Shown in pieces: positions 56,455-64,000 of a DNA stretch of 64,000 nt. This DNA comes from Octopus vulgaris (taxonomy: Eukaryota). The first letter of the stretch is position 1. Every line of letters starts with the position of its first letter. A program made the position numbers and the translations under genes. The notes beneath the pieces were generated by a model, which was given only the letters and a program-made list of their open reading frames with translations, did not search any database and was not told where the DNA came from. The stretch spans positions 24,924,001 to 24,988,000 of the forward strand of contig OX597822.1 in assembly GCA_951406725.2 (NCBI GenBank), in the 5' to 3' direction.

Positions 56455-56600
56455 CTGCACGTCAGATATCGAAGCGATCGTAGTGAAATGTGAAATGAAG
56501 TGTTTTGCTCAAGAACACAACGTACTGCTCGGTCCGGGAATCGAAACTACGGTCTCGCGATCACGATTGGAACATTCTAACCACTAGGCCACGCGCCCTC
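56455..56600 (-). mobile_element. SINE C/E head fragment
   Basis: TGAAATGAAGTGTTTTGCTCAAGAACACAACG identical to the corresponding part of the 5768-6020 copy. Confidence 0.8.
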
Positions 56601-57486
56601 AGTTTGTTTTGTTATAAAAGTAAAAAAAAGAAAATAGAAACCAAGTCATGGGATGTATATGTACCGGTAAAATAATATTGAATGAACTTTACAATAAAAC
56701 ATACTTAATGGGAGGCACAACCTATATGACATTGGCTGATTGGGGTGGAGTGAAAAATGTTGAGATGTTCTGGAGGTCAGCTGTTAGCGGATGTGTATAA
56801 CTAAATCTAAAATTACCGAAAAGAAAATATCTATGGTCTGGTGATATTTCTGAGAATAGCTCATGATTCTGCCCTTTACGCTTATAGAACCTAGAATGGT
56901 TGAAGGTTATATCCTAATCAACAAATAATTACAAGAGAGCAATATTTTTCGATGCACAATTAATTTGATGTGTAGTGTATTATTTGATTACCATCGCTAA
57001 TTTGTTGTAAAATTATTTTAGCGATTGAGAAATCCTGATCGGTTATATAGTGCGTAAACTGAATACGGAAAAAGAAATTGGGTAAATATTTATTAGATTA
57101 TATGAAACATGATGGGACCCAAACAAAGTACAAGTTACAATTAGGAAGCGAGTAGAATCACTCTTGTTTTGTCCTGGTTTCATAAATTCTTAATAGCATC
57201 GCTAAATATCTTTTCTGATGCGGAATTAACTTGTATAATTATTTTCATTTTTTCGTTCGCACAGATCTATGAACGCCTATCTATTAATATATTATCACTG
57301 TCTATCTACTAATAATATTGATGTATTAACATATACATATTATACCTACATATTTTCATCAGCGTTTTTCTCGACCTACATTCTCCTCTGCCTAACGTCA
57401 GACCTACCAAGTTATGAGCGTGGGTGTATGTATGTATGTATGTATGTATGTATGTATGTATGTATGTATGTATGCATGTATGTATG

Positions 57487-57552
<66 letters not shown>

Positions 57553-57559
<7 letters not shown>

Positions 57560-58663
57560 CATAGGGGAATAGTTGTCTGTCGATCTGTCTGTTACCGTCT
57601 TGCTGCCTACACCAGTGAACCAATCTTGAAGAAACTTTGCATACATGTTAAACTAACATCCAGTTCGATTAAAGGCTAATTGGATATCAATAAAAATATA
57701 TAATGGGCCTCCTATGATAGGCTATTATTTGATAAAATGAGAAGGACGCAAGAGTATTAGTATGAGGGAAATTTTGTAGCTGATATCAGAGAAGGGGAAA
57801 CAGCGTTGTGTAAGCGACAAATATGGAGTGGCAGTGGGATGATAAAGTTAATACAGCTGTCATTCACGGATATACGTGCGACGTTGCATACATACTGTCA
57901 TAAATACATAGATGCATGCACACACATACACACACACACACGCAAACACAAACACATACACACTGCACACACATATACACACACACACTACACATACATA
58001 CACATAACTAACTTTTAAAACGCTGAGGAAGCGAAAGAAAGGTGGGTGTGAGGAATACGTAGCTTCTGCTGTTAATCGCAAAGAAACACTCGCACAAAGA
58101 CACACACACATATATATATACATACATATGTCTACTGTACACCATTTTAAACTCGTGATTACACGTGTGTGAGTGTTTGTAAATGTGCGTGTGTTTCAGT
58201 GTGAGTGTGTGTGTATGTGTGTATATGTGTGTGTATGTGTGTTTGTGTGTGTGGGGGGGGGATGTCACATCCTATAACTGTCTGTTTCTCTACTTCCCTG
58301 TTGCTGTCACATATTCTGAAATTTTAAAATTACGTCAACATTTTCAAATTTGGTATATTGAAATAATTTTCCACGTTAAATCCTATTTTGTTATTGATTC
58401 GTTCCAGAAAATTGCAGAAAAATGTTCCTGAGATTTAAAGTTTAATCAATTTTACCTAATCTGAAAATAGGATTTGGAAGCTGGCATTTTCTGCATGATA
58501 GCTGTCTAACACAAAATGAAAGCAAAATAATTACGAGGAGGAATCCTTATAAAACAAACGAAAGCATTACGAAGTTTTTTTGCGAAGAATTGCCCAAATC
58601 TGTCCTAATCAAAAGGCCTACCTGTCGGGTAAGGCATGGTCTGACATAGAATAAACCAGCTAG
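57553..58663 (+). mobile_element. Possible non-autonomous Helitron-like relic
   Basis: 5' GTCTGT repeats then TGAACCAATCTTGAAGAAACTTTGCA, resembling Helitron subterminal motifs; CCAGCTAG|T at 58656-58664; linkage of the two ends is not shown. Confidence 0.35.
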
Positions 58664-58681
58664 TATATATCTATCTATCTG

Positions 58682-58750
<69 letters not shown>

Positions 58751-58804
58751 ATAAATATATATATATGTTATATGTATTTCATATACAATACATACACGCG
58801 CGCG

Positions 58805-58870
<66 letters not shown>

Positions 58871-58885
58871 CACACACACACATAA

Positions 58886-59046
58886 ACGACGGGCTTCTTT
58901 CAGTTTCCGTCTACCAAATCCGCACATAAGGCTTAGGTCGGGCCGAGGGCATAGTAGAAGATACTTGCCCAAAGTTCGACGCAATGGGACCGAACCCGGA
59001 ACCAAGTAGTTGGGTAGCAAGCTTCTTACCACACAACCACGCCACG

Positions 59047-59048
<2 letters not shown>
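58886..59048 (-). mobile_element. SINE A, 5' half
   Basis: Homologous to 986-1150. Confidence 0.88.
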
Positions 59049-59101
<53 letters not shown>

Positions 59102-59133
59102 GTACACACACACACATATATATAGATCTCTCA

Positions 59134-59192
<59 letters not shown>

Positions 59193-59887
59193 ATATACAT
59201 AAATTTATACACATATGCATGCACAACGCAAATATATGTTTATCTATGTATCTATCTATCTATCTAGCCATATATCCCCTATTTTCAACTACTGTTATAT
59301 ATTTTTACTTGTGCTCGCGTGTGCAGATTACGATTAATAGAATGCTTACATTTATGCTGTACGTTAAAAAGCTGATATGACGCAGCATGACCAAAGCAGG
59401 GTGGAGTGCAAGTGTTACACTCACTTAAGCACTAAAAATGGAAGACCCTAAGTTATTTATAACTACAGCATTTTAAAATTACATTTTATCTTTTATAACA
59501 GTTTCGCTCCATATTTGTCGCCATTTTATCCTTAGATCATCTTTTTTTCACAGGTAAAAGAACCTTATGTTGGGTGGTAGCGCGCCAGATATCTGACAAT
59601 ACCGTCTGTTAATTCTCCTGCAAGTCTTTCTTTAACTATAGTCAGACCTCATGGGGGTAAAAGCAATGATTTGTTTTATTTTATTTTATAATGTTAGTTT
59701 GAGGAATACAGTACAAATATAAAGGTGCCAGCAGTCTTAAATAACACTTGCTCCCTATCCCCTACATTAAGACATGCACACACTCACACACTCACACAAT
59801 TATATTTATGTTAATATATCTATTAATCTATGCCTGTATAGGCAGCGGAAGCAGCTTAATATAATAAAATATATGGTCATCAACTGT

Positions 59888-60085
<198 letters not shown>

Positions 60086-61229
60086 GTGGGTTCAAAGCAC
60101 AATGTTCTCTTAATAATATCAGCCAGTTATTGTTATCAGAGAAGATTTGTGTGTGTGTGTGTGTGTGTGTGCATATGTGTATGTGTGTGCGTGCGTGCGT
60201 ATCTATGAGAGGCACAGTGCGTGCGTGTGTATCTGTGTGTAGGCACAGTGTGGCCAAATGGTTAAGAAGTTTGCTTCGTAACTACGTTGTCCCGGTTCGA
60301 TCCCTTTGCTTTGCGGTACCTGCTCCAACTCCCGTTTGCTTTCTGGTCGAAGGTTGCCTGGTTCAATAAAGAAAAGCACCAATCTAGGGCGGGGAAATGG
60401 CAGCTCTTAAGAAAATTTGTCCGGATGCCTTGTGACAGTCGTTCCAGTACTTTCGTTTTGAGTTCAAATCCTACCATGGATTAGCCTCTAAGTCGTGGCG
60501 AAGCTAATTAACCCAGGCGATAGAGAACTTTAACAAAAAATGTTTGAAGTATATTGTTCATTTAGTTTATAGCAAACATTTGCACCATTTCTGAAAAGTG
60601 TGGCTGGTACTACACAAGCCTTAACCTCCAAAAACAAATCATCCGTGTCGAACGTCTGACAGCCGTAAGGCTGTTGGACACTCGTAAGAACATCCTTGTA
60701 TAAATTAACTACTCATGGATTTCCCTTTCCGAACTTATATAATCTTGGTACTTCTTTATGTTACAGGTCCTTCTGAATATCTTCTCGAAAATTATCCGAC
60801 TGATCAAGCAAAGATTGTAGGGCAATTCCATGCGATTATTGATGCTATTAGACAGCTGGCACAATCTTTAGAGCGTCAAAAAAAAAAAAAAAAATCAAAG
60901 GTTTCTCAAGTTTTTCTTCCGGTGCTTTACATTCTGAGTTCAAATCCGCCGAGGTCAAGATTTTCTTTCATCTTTTCGAGATCGAAGTTGCGAGGATTTA
61001 TCTTTCTCTAATGATATAAACAAGTGTAATTTTGCACTAAGAACCAATATGAAAGTGTCTCTCATAGTATTTACTCTCATGGTATTTAGTTTGTTCTAAC
61101 AGAACCTCTATGTTTAACTAGCATAAATATTAACTCTCGGTTGCTTATATATATTCGATAAAATAAAGTACCAGTAAAATACTGGGATTGATGGTATCAA
61201 CTAATCTCTCAAGTTTTCTAAATTAGAAA

Positions 61230-61430
61230 CCGTTGATGTCATTAGAAAGAGACGCATGAATTTGACAGGATATTGCCAGAGTGGTAAAAGAAAATAACAT
61301 TACCGATGCACACTTATGGACACTTAACACGGATATACACAGGTCGGCTGCCTCTCAAAATGCCTTCTTCAACCAGTTCTGTGTGAACATGAGATGTCCT
61401 ACTGACCTACCGAATGTTATGCAGACGGCT
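61230..61430 (+). mobile_element. Decayed RTE-clade LINE ORF2 C-terminal fragment
   Basis: IRKRRMNLTGYC...LWT resembles the RTE IR.RRLR.AGHC...LLW.P motif; frameshifted. Confidence 0.5.
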
Positions 61431-61473
61431 TGATCAAGTAAGATAAATTCGAGCAAACTCGAATATATATATA

Positions 61474-61542
<69 letters not shown>

Positions 61543-62156
61543 CTGCATGATATCTGTAAAAAAAATCATGATGCTCTCTCACTCATAGAAAGACACAATC
61601 TCAACACTTCACATTCCTCTTCTCCCCATGGCATTATATGAATTGAAAGAAACTCTTAAACTACAATGTACAATTCTTACCGACGCAGCCTACCACCACC
61701 ACCACCACCACCACCACCACCTCAACTACTATTTTCTTCAAAGTCTGCTTTTTCCATTTATTAGCAGTTAGGTGTGTTGTGCCATAGAATCAAAGAGATG
61801 ACAAGATGACAATGTCTGAAGCAAAGGATTATTTAATTACAATGTAACAGTAATGGAATCAGAGACCATTATGGCCAGTAATCTGCCTGTATTAGATTCA
61901 CCCAAAGGCAATTCCATAATTCTTATCGCAAACATTGTCCGGTATTAAAAGTTCGAACATTCTGCTATGCATAATCTATGATGTCTAACAGTTTCTTCAC
62001 TTTCTTCCTGACATAGTTATGTGGAAGACGCTATATTTAGGCGAGAATCTTCTTATCTCCCAACTGCATTACAAGAGATAACATTATACGTACATAAGTA
62101 CGCATGTAAACATGTGTGTGCATGTGTGTGTGTGTATATATATATGTATATATATA

Positions 62157-62558
62157 TGGCAGAATCGTTAGCACGCCGGGCGAAATGCTTAGCGGTATTT
62201 CGGTTGCCGTTAAGTTCTGAGCTCAAATTTCGCCGAGGTCGACTTTGCCTTTCATCCTTTCCGGGTCGATTAAATAAGTACCAGTTGCGCACTGGGGTTG
62301 ATATAATCGACTTAATCCGTTTGTCTGTCCTTGTTTGTCCTCTCTGTGTTTAGCCCCTTGTGGGTAGTAAAGAAATAGTTATTTCGGCTGCCTATAAGTT
62401 CTGAGCTCAAATTTCGCCGAGATCGACTTTGCTTTTCATTCTTTCAGGGTCGACTAAGTAAGTACCAGTTACTCACTGGGGTCGATGTTATCGACTTAAT
62501 CCCTTTGTCCTTGTGTGTCCCCTCTATGTTTAACCCCCTGTGAGCAATTAAGAAATAA
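62157..62558 (+). mobile_element. Tandem dimer of SINE B
   Basis: Two consecutive AAGTTCTGAGCTCAAATTTCGCCGAG...AAGAAATA units sharing the same private GAGCTC variant. Confidence 0.9.
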
Positions 62559-62568
62559 ATATATATAT

Positions 62569-62637
<69 letters not shown>

Positions 62638-62972
62638 TGTATGTGTGTGTATGTATGTATCTATCAACCTATCTAAAAGTATATAGACATGCAACGTTCA
62701 TATCTTCCAATCTTCCAACAGTATTGACATTGTAGCTAACATTAAACATATGCATGCATCATACATATATATGTATCCCTGTATGTGTGTATATATATCT
62801 ATGACCTATATCATGTATGTGTATATCCATATCCATCTTTCTATGTAAATATATATACTTGTGTATATATATATATATATATATACATATATATTATATA
62901 CATGTATACGCACAAACGCGCGCACACAGGCACACGCCACTATTCACACATACATATATATGTATTTGTGCT

Positions 62973-63042
<70 letters not shown>

Positions 63043-63410
63043 CATACCAAAGTTTCAGTTCCACTGAAACTGCAATCTGCATCTTGTTTGCGTTAGAGTA
63101 TATAGGGATATCATGTTCCAGTTTACCTTTAAGGTAGGACTTACGCCACCGTGAAATAACTTCTGAAAACTGTGTCAATGCGAAATTCCATCCCATTTCA
63201 TTACATCAAACAGGTTATTTCTTTCATAGGCAAAATACTTTCTGCCTTTCTTTTTCTGCTATATTTTTTTAACATTTTACTTCTCTTTTTGTCTTTTCTT
63301 TAATAACTAAGTGACACGATTCGCTGTAGTCTCTCAAATTTCAGCTATATCCTTTATAGCCGGATATACATACATACATACGTACATACATACATACACA
63401 CATACATACA

Positions 63411-63505
<95 letters not shown>

Positions 63506-63712
63506 GGTGTGAAAGTATATTTTGATACAGTGTACGTTAAATGATATTCATTTCTCACTGATATAAAACTTTCTTTTCTTGATCCTACCTATAACGGAAC
63601 AGTAAATTACACACACACATACATAACTCATAAATAAGGGTGCAATTGCTAGAAATAAGAACTAAAAAATATAACCCGAATAACACACAAAATCACCAAC
63701 CTCATGAAATGG

Positions 63713-63753
<41 letters not shown>

Positions 63754-64000
63754 TATACACATACATTTATGTGTGTGTGTGTATTAAAGTGACAAGTTTT
63801 GTATGGGAGTGGATGACTTCAATTAACTGATTAAGTCAAACCTCAACATATTACTGATATCTATGAAGGCGCCTATACATTGCCGACCTACTTTCTGGAT
63901 ATGCCCGCTAAACCTCCCTAAGATTAAGCAATAATGATTTAAAGCAGACAACACATTTTTGTTAACACACTATGTTTAAAACTACCAAACGAGATGGTCA

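Overview
AT-rich eukaryotic DNA saturated with microsatellites and tRNA-derived SINEs. The repeat families and composition suggest an octopus (coleoid cephalopod) genome; this is inference, not a database result. Almost all ORFs in the track are microsatellite artefacts. The only good host-gene signal is a 54-nt minus-strand exon (14830-14883), possibly joined across a ~30 kb intron to a start-codon exon at 45141-45256, so most of the window is probably intronic. Mobile DNA includes several modular SINE families (some with clear target-site duplications, TSDs), LINE fragments (R4/Dong-like, CR1-like, RTE-like), MITEs (mariner-, hAT- and Merlin/Mutator-like) and a possible Helitron. The most striking content is non-coding RNA structure. 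(1) A cluster of minimal type I hammerhead ribozyme (HHR) motifs: a 324-nt tandem retrozyme-like unit with a third dispersed copy, two unrelated HHRs with long structured helix II insertions, and a 299-bp near-perfect palindrome carrying an HHR variant in each arm. (2) A pair of non-SINE inverted segments 4 kb apart whose differences are all transitions, suggesting a selected long-range RNA duplex. All folds and alignments were done by eye.
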